The position numbers and the translations under genes were made by a program. The notes under the pieces are model-generated. The model was not told where the DNA came from and made no database searches. It saw nothing but the letters and a program-made list of their open reading frames with translations. Below, piece by piece: positions 39,216 to 51,257 of a stretch of 64,000 bases of DNA (the stretch's first letter is position 1; every line of letters starts with the position of its first letter). The stretch is taken from the NCBI GenBank assembly GCA_041178185.1, contig JBEGVS010000024.1:22284-86283 (forward strand), in the 5' to 3' direction. The stretch comes from Pseudomonadota bacterium (lineage in GTDB: Bacteria > Bdellovibrionota_C > UBA2361 > OMII01).

Positions 39216-39719
39216 CTACTCCTCCGTCACCACGATCTCGGTGTACTCGTAGCTCACAAAGATCTCGAGAACTTCGTACTCTCGGGCGCCGCCTGGAAGG
39301 GCGACACGGGCGACATCGCCCTCCTCTTTTCCGATGAGCGACTTGCCCAGCGGCGTCTCATAGGAGATCCACCCCTTTGACACGTCGGACTCCTCAGCAC
39401 CGAAGATGCTCAAGACCCTCTGCTCACCGCTCTCTACATCCTCGATCTTTACACTTGAACCGAATACGACACGGGAGGGCTTTCCGAGCTTTAACGGATC
39501 GATTACCTCAGCGGTAGCAAGTCGAGCCTCGATATCCCGAATCTTCGCCTCGGTCATCCCTGACTTCTCTTTGGCGGCGTCATAGTCGCCGTTTTCGGAG
39601 AGGTCGCCGTGACCTCGCGCCACCTCAATCATGCGAGCGATCTCGGGACGGAGCGCCTTGAGCCTCATTAATTCCGCTCTAAGCGTAGCGTAGCCACGCG
39701 GGGTCATCGGTCTTTTCAT
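39216..39719 (-). CDS. greA: Transcription elongation factor GreA
   Basis: HGDLSENGDYDAAKE and IS..TPLGKSLIGK. Confidence 0.95.
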   Translation of the reverse strand: MKRPMTPRGYATLRAELMRLKALRPEIARMIEVARGHGDLSENGDYDAAKEKSGMTEAKIRDIEARLATAEVIDPLKLGKPSRVVFGSSVKIEDVESGEQRVLSIFGAEESDVSKGWISYETPLGKSLIGKEEGDVARVALPGGAREYEVLEIFVSYEYTEIVVTEE

Positions 39720-39736
39720 GATTGTATGCTCCGGCC

Positions 39737-40291
39737 TTACGCCCGGCTCAGATATTCGCCGGTGTCTGTCTTAACGATGATCTCATCACCGATATTGATG
39801 AACTGAGGAACGGTGAGCTGAAGACCGGTCTCTGTTCGAGCTGGCTTTGGAGAGTTTGTCGCCGTTGCGCCTTTAATGCCTGGCTCAGTGTCCGCGACCG
39901 TCAAGGTAACCGTCATAGGAAGCTGAATGCCGATCGGATTCTCTTCGTACATCGAGAGCTGAACTTCCATGCCCTCCTTCACATAGTAACGACCATCACC
40001 GATCATCTCGTCACTGATAGTAACCTCTTCATAGGTCTCGCCGTTCATGAAGTGGTGCCCGTTATTATCAGAGTAGAGGTAGGTTCCCTTCTGCTGGAAT
40101 ACATCAGCGGTCTCAAGGTCCTCTGTTGAGCTAAAACGCTGCTCAGTCTGGGTCCCGTTCTGAAGGTTCCGCAACTTGCATTGAACCATGGCGCGGAGGT
40201 TTCCAGGGGTGTGGTGATGGAAGTCCATCACACTGTACAACTGTCCCTTCAACACGAGGACGGTTCCCTTGCGCATATCTTTAGCTTTCAT
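39737..40291 (-). CDS. efp: Translation elongation factor P
   Basis: YLY.D...HFM...TYE, PG.KG.TA...KPA..ETG...VP.FI..GD.I..DT..YLSR; loop reads TPGNLR. Confidence 0.93.
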   Translation of the reverse strand: MKAKDMRKGTVLVLKGQLYSVMDFHHHTPGNLRAMVQCKLRNLQNGTQTEQRFSSTEDLETADVFQQKGTYLYSDNNGHHFMNGETYEEVTISDEMIGDGRYYVKEGMEVQLSMYEENPIGIQLPMTVTLTVADTEPGIKGATATNSPKPARTETGLQLTVPQFINIGDEIIVKTDTGEYLSRA

Positions 40292-40309
40292 ACGACTCTC
40301 TCTCCTACA

Positions 40310-41791
40310 CTACTGCGGCAACAACTCGAGTGCCTCACGGATGCGGGATAGTACCCTATCCTTCCCAAGAACTGCAAACGATTCAAAAAGTGGCGGGGTG
40401 ATAGTCTTGCCGGTCACGGCGATCCGCAGAGCCACAAAGGCGGGGCCCGGCTTCAGGCCTACCTCTGTCGCAACTCCTCGTAACGCTTGGTCAATCGCCT
40501 CGGTCTTGAACTCGGGGAGCGCGTTGAGACGCTCAAGGGAGAGGGTCAATATCTCTCTCGCTTTCGCGGCATCAACCCCTTTACCAAACATGGCATCCAT
40601 CTGACGCTGAAGGGGTCGGTCCATCAGGAAATCAACCATAGGACCTACCTCCGTGAGCAACTTCACACGCTCCTGCACATGCGGAGCGAGGGCAGCGAAC
40701 TCGTGGTCAGGAATGATGACTCCCTCTTTTTCGAGGAACGGCTTGGAGCGCTCAATGAACTCCTGCACCGGAAGTTTACGGATGTAGAGCCCATTCATCC
40801 ACGCGAGCTTTACCGGATCGAACACACCACTCGACTCGTTAATGCCATCGAGGGTGAATTTCTGGATGAGCTCCTCTCTGGTGAAGATCTCTTGATCGCT
40901 CCCCTCCCCGGGGGCCCACCCGATCAGCGTTACAAAGTTGAGCACAGCTTCGGCGAGGTATCCCTGTTCGCGCAGATCGCTCGACTTCGCGGCGTTATTG
41001 CGCTTAGACAACTTCTTACCATCAGGCCCATTCACGACCGGAAGATGCGCGAACACCGGCATCTCCCACCCCAGAGCCTCATACAACAACACATGAATAG
41101 GAGTTGAAGAGAGCCACTCAATACCGCGCAGAACGTGCGATATCTTCATATCGTGATCATCAACAACAACAGCAAGGTGGTAGGTCGGATATCCATCACT
41201 CTTTAAAAGCACGGTATCCCGATGGGGAATAGAATCCCACTGCACCTTGCCACGAATCCCATCATTGAAGCTGACCGAGCGCTTCTGTGGAACCTTGAAT
41301 CGGATCACATGTGGTTTATCTGCGGGCACGTTTCGAGTGCGGCAGTAGCCTGAGTATCCCGGTAACTCTTTACGAGCCATCTGCTCATTACGCTCACGCT
41401 CAAGCATCTCCGGAGTACAGTCACATCGATACGCAAACCCTTTCTCGACAAGGGTCTCGGCGGCCTCTTTATATTTGGAGAGGCGCAGACTCTGCATGTA
41501 CGGACCGTGCGGGCCACCTAACTCGGGCGCCCCTTCCCAATCCTCACCGTATACTCGCAGCTCTTCCCTTGTGGGCCCCTCATCGATCTGAATCCCAAAC
41601 CAAGCCAGCTCCTCAATAAGGAAACGAATCGCTCCGGGGACAAATCGCTCCCGGTCGGTATCCTCCACGCGCAGGAGGAATGTACCACCGTAGTGCTTTG
41701 CGAGAAGGTACGCGAAGAACGCAGTGCGGAAACCTCCAACGTGCTGGAAGCCGGTCGGTGATGGCGCAAAACGAGTTCGAACCTCAGTCAT
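40310..41791 (-). CDS. gltX: Glutamate-tRNA ligase
   Basis: RTRFAPSPTG..HVGG, LRVEDTD, PTYHLAVVVDD and KLSKR. Confidence 0.97.
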   Translation of the reverse strand: MTEVRTRFAPSPTGFQHVGGFRTAFFAYLLAKHYGGTFLLRVEDTDRERFVPGAIRFLIEELAWFGIQIDEGPTREELRVYGEDWEGAPELGGPHGPYMQSLRLSKYKEAAETLVEKGFAYRCDCTPEMLERERNEQMARKELPGYSGYCRTRNVPADKPHVIRFKVPQKRSVSFNDGIRGKVQWDSIPHRDTVLLKSDGYPTYHLAVVVDDHDMKISHVLRGIEWLSSTPIHVLLYEALGWEMPVFAHLPVVNGPDGKKLSKRNNAAKSSDLREQGYLAEAVLNFVTLIGWAPGEGSDQEIFTREELIQKFTLDGINESSGVFDPVKLAWMNGLYIRKLPVQEFIERSKPFLEKEGVIIPDHEFAALAPHVQERVKLLTEVGPMVDFLMDRPLQRQMDAMFGKGVDAAKAREILTLSLERLNALPEFKTEAIDQALRGVATEVGLKPGPAFVALRIAVTGKTITPPLFESFAVLGKDRVLSRIREALELLPQ

Positions 41792-42066
41792 GTATGTCTC
41801 TCTCTTTTTTTGAAGGTGTGCAGCTCAGCTCGCTTTGAGCCAGCTTTCTGTGGGTAAACCCGCGAGAACTATAGACTACCAGAGGCCTCGTTGGCAAAGC
41901 GAACATCGGAACGCCGTCAGATGGGCTAACATGCGGGATTCAGGGGCTACCCGGTGGTCGCATCCTGGTACCTCCGCGTCGAAGCAGCAGTCGGAGTAAC
42001 GCAACTCGATATAACCTCATGGGCACGCCTTTGAGATCCTTGGGGTGAAACACAAACTGCGATGCC

Positions 42067-43389
42067 CTACAGGGGTTTCCCCTCTGCCACCGAGTAGCCC
42101 GTGATAATCCGCGCCGACCGATTCCGCGTAAGGTAATTCCAGCCCCATTGAATGACAACCAAAAGCCGATTCGTGAATTGCGCGAGATAAAAGATGTGCA
42201 CCCACAACCAGGTGATCCAAGCTGGGAACCCAGAGAACTTCCATCGACGAAGCTGTACTACCGCAAACGCCCGACCCACGGTCGCCATCGCCCCTTTATC
42301 GCGAAATGCAAAGGGTGGCAGAGGTGTGGGCCCCTTAGTTATGCGGTTACCGATCACCGAGGCCACGTAGTCCCCCATCTGCATAGCGGCGGGTGCGACA
42401 CCGGGAACAAGCGCCCCCTCTTGCTCAACGTGAGCGAGGTCTCCGATGACAAAGATCTCCGGATACCCAGGGATACTCAGATCGGGTAGCACCGGCACTC
42501 GGCCCGCTCTATCGAGCGTAGCGCCCGTCTGACTCGCAAGTATCTTTCCAAGGGGGGACGCCTGTACGCCTGCGGCCCACACAACGCATGAGCTTTTCAG
42601 TACTTCCCGTGTCCCATCGCTCTCGACGATTACCTCTCCCTCATGCACCTCCTTGACCACAGTGCGCTCACGAACGGTGACACCAAGCCGATGCAGGGCA
42701 TCACGTGTTTTCTGCACCAGGTCCGGATCATACGTGCTCAAGATACTGGGGGTGCCTTCAAGGAGGAGTATTTCGGCGTCGGCCGGATTAATGTGACGAA
42801 AATCGTCCCTCAACGTTTGGTGCGCGATCTCGCCGAGGGCGCCAGCCAGCTCAACACCCGTCGGCCCACCACCGATCACGATGAACCTCATGAGGGCTCT
42901 CTGTTTTTGCGCCTCCATCTCCAGCTCGGCTTGTTCGAAGATCGCCAAAACCTTACTGCGAATCTCAAGCGCGTCCTCGATAGACTTCAACCCTGGCGCA
43001 AACGCCTCCCATTCCGGATGTCCGAAGTAGTTGTGGCTCGCGCCGGTCGCTACAATAAGATAATCGTAGTGGAATCGTTTCCCACAATCCAACGTTACCA
43101 CACGATCTGAAACGGTGATGTCGCGCACTGAGCCGAGCAACACTTCCACGTTCCTGTCACGTTTAAAGAGAGCTCGTAAGGGAGCTGAGATATTCGCGGG
43201 AGACAATCCTCCCGTTGCGACCTGATATAAAAGCGGTTGAAAGAGATGAAAATTGCGGCGATCGAGTAGGGTGATATCGACCGCCTCTCGTCGTAGGTGG
43301 CGAGTCGCTGCGAGACCGCCAAAACCACCCCCAACGATTACCACGTGTGGACGAGACTGAGAAAACGTCACATCACCTGTATTCACCAT
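42067..43389 (-). CDS. ndh: Type II NADH:quinone oxidoreductase
   Basis: GGGFGG, HLFQPLLYQVATG, GGGPTGVELAG, WAAGV, GD, A..AMQMG and DKG.MAT.GR. Confidence 0.93.
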   Translation of the reverse strand: MVNTGDVTFSQSRPHVVIVGGGFGGLAATRHLRREAVDITLLDRRNFHLFQPLLYQVATGGLSPANISAPLRALFKRDRNVEVLLGSVRDITVSDRVVTLDCGKRFHYDYLIVATGASHNYFGHPEWEAFAPGLKSIEDALEIRSKVLAIFEQAELEMEAQKQRALMRFIVIGGGPTGVELAGALGEIAHQTLRDDFRHINPADAEILLLEGTPSILSTYDPDLVQKTRDALHRLGVTVRERTVVKEVHEGEVIVESDGTREVLKSSCVVWAAGVQASPLGKILASQTGATLDRAGRVPVLPDLSIPGYPEIFVIGDLAHVEQEGALVPGVAPAAMQMGDYVASVIGNRITKGPTPLPPFAFRDKGAMATVGRAFAVVQLRRWKFSGFPAWITWLWVHIFYLAQFTNRLLVVIQWGWNYLTRNRSARIITGYSVAEGKPL

Positions 43390-43642
43390 GGGGTCCCTTC
43401 CTCATCTCCCGCAACCTGGCGAGCGCTCGTTCGATGATATGTCTCGGCATACGTTTTATATCGGATGAGGGACATGGAATATCTCGAGGAGGTTTTGTTG
43501 GGCGAAGGTCACGCCCAAAAACCCATGCCGGGGGATCGCTAGCGGGAAACGATTCCAGGGAGCTCTCGAACACCACTTCGTCGTCATTCCGTATCCGGTG
43601 TTCATCGTCTTCATAGTGGATTTGGCAAACATTAAAGATCAT
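43373..43642 (-). CDS. Small hypothetical protein with an ESFPASDPP motif
   Basis: VFESSLESFPASDPPAW motif; overlaps the ndh start. Start taken at MIFNV (43642), uncertain. Confidence 0.55.
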   Translation of the reverse strand: MIFNVCQIHYEDDEHRIRNDDEVVFESSLESFPASDPPAWVFGRDLRPTKPPRDIPCPSSDIKRMPRHIIERALARLREMRKGPHGEYR

Positions 43643-44067
43643 CGCGTCTTTCCTAATCTCTAGCAGGGTGGTGAAGAATGGCTCCGTCCCAAGCATTTTG
43701 AAAGTTTTGACGAAACGAGGCGGAGACGACAAAAAAAACCGCGACCGCATCCTCAGAGACACGTTGAGGATTTTTTCGGCGACCCCAACGAAGTTGCAGT
43801 CACACCTTCGAATGGCGCAACACGAAATCATTTTCACCAACCTGCTGGATTCGCTTCGATACGGAGCTTTTCACCGACTATGAGAGTACCACTGCTGATG
43901 GAGTATCCCCGTGAGGCGCATCATGACCAGCCTCCCGTGCACCCCGATAAAATGTCTGAAGACACTCGAGCTCAAGCACATAGAGACGCACCCCGGTGCG
44001 CCGTGTCATGCAAAGGGGATCTCATTCCGCCATACAACGAGGGGAATTTCCACGCGGAGCAAACACT

Positions 44068-44676
44068 ATGGCACCCTTCGAATTCATCGTTACGCAGCTC
44101 ATACTGGTCTTGGGGATGTATCTCGTCATCGTGGGCTGGGTGGGTGTCATTACAGGCACCGCCTTCGTGCACCTCACGCCGTTCGGACTGCAACGTCCGA
44201 CCATCTACCTTCTCATCGCCTACCTTATCTTTCTCCATCCTCTCGAAGCGGCTCTTGGGATGAAAGCAGCCCATCTTCTCTTTATCGTCGTGGCGATAAC
44301 GGTCAGCTATGAGACGATGAGGCCGATGCTCGTATCGTCGGTAAACATATCGGGAGCGAGTCCTGCCACGGTCGACTCCGATCTCCGCAAAGCCTTCCAA
44401 ACCCTCGGCCTTCGGTACGCTGGACATTTTCCGAGCTACAAACTCAAAGACCCTTGGGCACGGCTACGAGTGAAGTATTGGAAGGGGCTGGGAGAGGCTC
44501 AACTCACCATCTATCCGAGCTCAAGACGCGAGGTTCTGACGCGTATCGAAGAGGTACTCGACAGGGATTTTACCGGCGAGGAGCAGCCACGCGCCGGACG
44601 AGCGTTCATCGTGAATCTGATCGAGGGAGGTCTGCTGATAGTGGTGGCCGCATGGAACATCGCCACACACCTCTAA
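44068..44676 (+). CDS. Hypothetical membrane protein
   Basis: ggag RBS before ATG 44068; three N-terminal and one C-terminal hydrophobic segments. Confidence 0.65.
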   Translation: MAPFEFIVTQLILVLGMYLVIVGWVGVITGTAFVHLTPFGLQRPTIYLLIAYLIFLHPLEAALGMKAAHLLFIVVAITVSYETMRPMLVSSVNISGASPATVDSDLRKAFQTLGLRYAGHFPSYKLKDPWARLRVKYWKGLGEAQLTIYPSSRREVLTRIEEVLDRDFTGEEQPRAGRAFIVNLIEGGLLIVVAAWNIATHL

Positions 44677-44974
44677 AGGTGGTGGGAAGCGATTTCCTTT
44701 TCGCATGTCGACAGGTTCTATGCACTCCAGTTCGAATATGTCGTTCCCTGTTCTTTTTTCTCCAGCCGAACAAACCTTTTGCGCTCTCGGCCCTAGAGGC
44801 AAACAATTGACGGCTTTAACTTTTTTACCGGAGGTTCGCAGCACACGGGAGGCACAGCCGCTCCCCGCAAGAGGACCCTCACTCACCATCATAAGCCTTG
44901 ATTATCCGGTTCCTCCCCCCTAGAGTGCCGGAAGGGAGTTTTTAAGGTTCTTTTCCAAACGAAAGGAGGCTTTT

Positions 44975-45223
44975 GTGGCCGACTACGAATTCCAGGAGAG
45001 GTTAAAAACGGAGCTCCACGATGAGCTCCGGACGTTTACTGAAATGGAGCAACGGATCGCCAAGCTCTATTTCAACTTGGAGGGCGGATACAACTTAACG
45101 ACGCAAGAGATTGGTGCGATTGTAAAGAGAAATCCAGATGAGGTCATGCTCATCGTTTCGAAGATTCGCGATCACCTTGAGCGTAAAGAGTTAATTCACG
45201 CCCTACCCTGTCGTACCCGATGA
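44975..45223 (+). CDS. Stand-alone sigma-70 region 4-like HTH protein
   Basis: Strong RBS aaggagg before GTG. LRTFTEMEQRIAKLYFNL....LTTQEIGAIV...PDEV..I.SKI..HL aligns by eye with RpoD region 4 from this window. Confidence 0.7.
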   Translation: MADYEFQERLKTELHDELRTFTEMEQRIAKLYFNLEGGYNLTTQEIGAIVKRNPDEVMLIVSKIRDHLERKELIHALPCRTR

Positions 45224-45242
45224 GGGCTCGGCAACCGTATGC

Positions 45243-45319
45243 GATGGAGTGTGCGGTGTTACATGGTTTTCACCGGACTGACGCAGCTGAGTTTACTCAC
45301 TGCGTCAGTCACTCCCATC
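45243..45319. other. Structured intergenic element (three-stem junction), candidate ncRNA or terminator
   Basis: Pairings gatggagtg/cactcccatc, cggtg/caccg and gactgacgcag-c-tgag/ctca-ctgcgtcagtc. Confidence 0.4.
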
Positions 45320-45439
45320 CCTTCCTTCAGGCACTGACAGCTCAGCCGACGTACTACATGTGAGAGCTTGTCGCTCTTGTGTTCCTTCACGACTTTTCAC
45401 AAGTGTTCCAACAGGTCGGATACTTCAACGAGACGGCTC

Positions 45440-45760
45440 TTACAGATCCGCTGAAGCCGTTCGACGACGAGTGCGTATCCTATCTCCGGCTGTCATAATC
45501 GCACGCCGTGTTCTGCCGGGATCCATACCAAAGTGTTTACATATCGAGTAAAATGAGAAGACATAGTCGTCGTCCTCTCTGTGCATGTAATCGATCGCTT
45601 TAACCTTCAATCGCTCATCGCCGTGGAGATCCTCAATGGTACGTAGGATCATCGCCCGCATGAGCTCGCTTACAGCCTCCCCTACTGATCCTGTAGAGTG
45701 TTCTGCGTCGATCTGGAAACGTGGAATTTTGGGTACTGAAGAATTAAAGGAATCAAACAT
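45440..45760 (-). CDS. Small conserved-looking hypothetical protein
   Basis: RBS gagagg; pattern ELMRAMI..TIED...A..Y...D..YVFSF.SIC..FG.DP...R; basic C-terminus. Confidence 0.7.
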   Translation of the reverse strand: MFDSFNSSVPKIPRFQIDAEHSTGSVGEAVSELMRAMILRTIEDLHGDERLKVKAIDYMHREDDDYVFSFYSICKHFGMDPGRTRRAIMTAGDRIRTRRRTASADL

Positions 45761-45866
45761 TGCACAACCTCTCTGTAACCTTTGTAGAAAACGAGCACGA
45801 GTGATCGTCTTTGATCTGGTTATGGAGAAAGGCCGGGTCGGTGTGACACGTCCGCCCCCTCACTTC

Positions 45867-45887
45867 AGCATTTTCTGGCAAAATGCT
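45867..45887. promoter_or_regulatory. Inverted repeat, candidate operator upstream of the 45440-45760 gene
   Basis: agcatttt-ctggc-aaaatgct (8-5-8 perfect inverted repeat). Confidence 0.35.
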
Positions 45888-46049
45888 TCAGGAAATTTAG
45901 GCCTCGTTGCTACTTTCCCACTAACACGTTGTGGCGACTACGGTTTCAGATTAACGGGGCAAATCAGCGGTCACACGAGGAGCCCCAGAGGTGGGCTTGA
46001 GATACGGAATTCTCCTAGAGGAGCGGGTTACATGTTGAACCGAGCGCTA

Positions 46050-48577
<2,528 letters not shown>

Positions 48578-48728
48578 ACGACAAATATAAAGCTCCCCCA
48601 CATAAGCTGACAACGAGGATCCTTAGGTCCGCCCCCTCCTTCAGCTCCCTACATACGAGAAGAATTCACCCCCCGAGGTCGCAACACTACGTTCACCCGG
48701 TACTAGAAACTATCACTCCGAGCGCCAC

Positions 48729-50870
48729 CTAGAACGTATACGACAGCGTAGCTCCGAAGGTACGGGGGTCTCCCTGTTGGATGTAGAGTTTATTCTCATA
48801 GTTAGGGGGTTCGTTTCCGAAATAAAATCCCCGCACAGCGTAGGTCTGATTGAAGAGGTTACGGCTCCAGACAAGAACCTTCCATCCCCCTTTCTCGTAT
48901 CCAACGGTGCCGTTAAAGAGATTATAGGGATTACTCTTCTGGCTATTACTGTCATCAAAGTAGAACGAGTCCCGCCCCGTTTCTTCAACTCGTACAAAGA
49001 AGCCTCGACCAAGATCGATACGGGTCCCCGCGGAGTACTGCCACGCGGGAGCCACGGAGAAAGCTCGACCATCGAGATACTCGGCTTCGGAGGGGACGCT
49101 CGTAAAGTCGGAGTGCATTAACGCCCCCGATGCGAAAAAATCTAGCCATGGGAGCGCCTGGTAGGTGTTCTCAACCTCAACGCCGGTGCTTCGTCCCCTC
49201 GCACTACTCTCGGTAATATAGGTATATGAGAGCGGGTCGCTCGGATCATTCTGAACAGCGAACTTAAGCTGCTGGTCGTAGCGCTGATCGTGAAAAACAG
49301 CGACGTTGGTTGTGAGTCGTTTCTTGAGAAAAGCGCCCTTCACTCCGGTCTCATAGTTCCAGAGATACTCCGGATCATACTGCCTGCGATCCGTTGGCAC
49401 GTTGACGCCGGTGTTAAACCCTCCACCCTTGAAGCCTCGTGACACAGAAACGTACCCCCGAAGATTTTGGGTAATATCACGCTGCAGGGAGACGTTTCCG
49501 CCAAGCATCGAGTAGGTTGGAGAAAAATCACTCCCTCTCGAATCTTCGTACTGAGCATTGCGCTGCTCGAATCGCACACCGGTGCCCAAAGATGTACCGT
49601 CTCCGAGGGGTGCCTCGACCTCCCCGAACACAGCGCCGGTGTTGGCGCTATAGTCGCTCGAGACAGAGTCGTACATCTCACTGTTCGAGAACTGATCGGT
49701 GGTAGTGTCCTCTGTGAGACGCTGACCGTAGAGACCCGCGACCCATCGCCAATCCTCCCCGTGCTGATAGAGCGGATCCTGACCGGTCAACCGAAGCTCT
49801 TGGGTTGCGCTGTGTCGGGTGCGATTTGAATCAGAGAAATAGTCATACGGTGCGTACGGCTCCCAGACGGGATTGTTACCCCAATCCCCATCAAAGCTAT
49901 TAGCGATCTTGGTACGCATGTACGTTGAGATACTTTCTAGCTTGAGAGCATCAGAGATGTGGTAACCGGCTTTAAATGAGGAGGCTCCCACTCGGGTATC
50001 ATCTTGGCCGGGATGATCTGACTGCGTCGTCAGACTATTGTCGATGGCGAATGCGTCGTAGCCGTTGTTAAACTCCGAGCCCCATACGGCTAGATCGTAG
50101 CTCACCTTGGAGCTTTGCTCGTAGCGCAGTTTGAGACGCACCACTGACTCATTTCGAGAGTTGGTATCATCACGAGAGAGGTAGACATTATTTCGAAAGC
50201 CATCACTCTGTTGGTTGAAGGCGGAGAAGCGAAGCTGCAGCTTTCCATCCGAACCCGGAACCGCACCGCCAACGGCCAAGCCCCCTGCCCCCATATCATC
50301 GTTCCCCGCCATCGCCACCAAGGTGCCGGTGTTGAAATCTGATGGATCGTGTGAATGCACGTTGATCGCCCCAGCAAGAGCGCTCGAACCGAACCGAATC
50401 CCCTGAGGTCCACGCAGCACCTCAAGTTGCTGCACGTCAAACATCGGCACCACCATTCCAAGACCACTGAAATCGATATCATCAATTATCGTGGCAACCG
50501 AGGGGTTCGGCGCTCCATCGTATTGCTCGAGCTCACCAACACCACGAATGATGAAGAAACGGGGCCTAGAGCTCCCACCCGACCATGTCAGGTTAGGGAT
50601 AGACTCGATCTCATACTGAAAATTAGTCTCTCCCTTTTCAGTAAAGCGCTCCTCCTGCACCACCGTCGTACTTTGTGGCACCTCACCAAGGGGGTCACGA
50701 AAGTTTGTGCCGTAGATAAAGAGCTCCGTTGGGCTACCGGCCACCTCCCCGGACGATTGCTCTTGTGCCGAAGCCGGCACCGTCAACGACAAGGTGAATA
50801 GCAGAATGAAGAGATGAACAAAGAGGGTGGCGCGCCAACTGCGCACCGTAATGAATGCGTTATAATCCAT
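48729..50870 (-). CDS. TonB-dependent receptor, probably for thiamine or a precursor
   Basis: Plug motif IRG...EVLRGPQG..FG..A.AG.IN, GFKGGGFN, NYETG.K, NLFN..Y and PRTFG...YTF ending in Phe; TPP riboswitch upstream. Confidence 0.93.
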   Translation of the reverse strand: MDYNAFITVRSWRATLFVHLFILLFTLSLTVPASAQEQSSGEVAGSPTELFIYGTNFRDPLGEVPQSTTVVQEERFTEKGETNFQYEIESIPNLTWSGGSSRPRFFIIRGVGELEQYDGAPNPSVATIIDDIDFSGLGMVVPMFDVQQLEVLRGPQGIRFGSSALAGAINVHSHDPSDFNTGTLVAMAGNDDMGAGGLAVGGAVPGSDGKLQLRFSAFNQQSDGFRNNVYLSRDDTNSRNESVVRLKLRYEQSSKVSYDLAVWGSEFNNGYDAFAIDNSLTTQSDHPGQDDTRVGASSFKAGYHISDALKLESISTYMRTKIANSFDGDWGNNPVWEPYAPYDYFSDSNRTRHSATQELRLTGQDPLYQHGEDWRWVAGLYGQRLTEDTTTDQFSNSEMYDSVSSDYSANTGAVFGEVEAPLGDGTSLGTGVRFEQRNAQYEDSRGSDFSPTYSMLGGNVSLQRDITQNLRGYVSVSRGFKGGGFNTGVNVPTDRRQYDPEYLWNYETGVKGAFLKKRLTTNVAVFHDQRYDQQLKFAVQNDPSDPLSYTYITESSARGRSTGVEVENTYQALPWLDFFASGALMHSDFTSVPSEAEYLDGRAFSVAPAWQYSAGTRIDLGRGFFVRVEETGRDSFYFDDSNSQKSNPYNLFNGTVGYEKGGWKVLVWSRNLFNQTYAVRGFYFGNEPPNYENKLYIQQGDPRTFGATLSYTF

Positions 50871-50875
50871 AGCTC

Positions 50876-50965
50876 CTCTCCCTACGCCGGCATTATCCGT
50901 CTCAGGTTCAAAGGGTGTCGCTCACTACGAGCGTCTCAGGTCGAAAAAAGACCTCCCCTGGGCAT
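50876..50965 (-). ncRNA. TPP (thiamine pyrophosphate) riboswitch
   Basis: Minus strand reads caGGGGaggtc..gacCTGAGA..acccttTGAACCTGA..GATAATGCCggCGTAGGGA, then gaggag and ATG. All hallmark TPP elements are present. Confidence 0.93.
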
Positions 50966-51257
50966 CACAAAACGGCGAAACGTCCACCGTGCTCCCATGG
51001 CTACATGAAGCAACGAGAAAAATCAACGCGGGAACGCCATCATCGGTGCGCTGTTCGATAAGCGCGATGGAAGCGCTCGGTCCTGAAAAAAGGAGGGAGC
51101 CGTGGGGATCAGATCTGCCGCAGCCCTCAGCATAACAACGTTCATACTTAGCGCTTGCGGAGCATCAAATAGCAGAGGGATTGCAGATAGCCTCTGGGCG
51201 CTTCTCCTCTTCTTGGTATACTTTCCCTGCCAACCAACAGTACCACGGAGGCTCCCG

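Noticed and set aside
41792-42066. tRNA gene next to gltX
   Set aside because: No cloverleaf or T-loop GTTCRA pattern found by eye on either strand.
45867-45890. Sigma-54 promoter (TGGCA...)
   Set aside because: The -12 element reads TTCA rather than TTGC and it points away from the nearest gene start; kept only as an inverted repeat.
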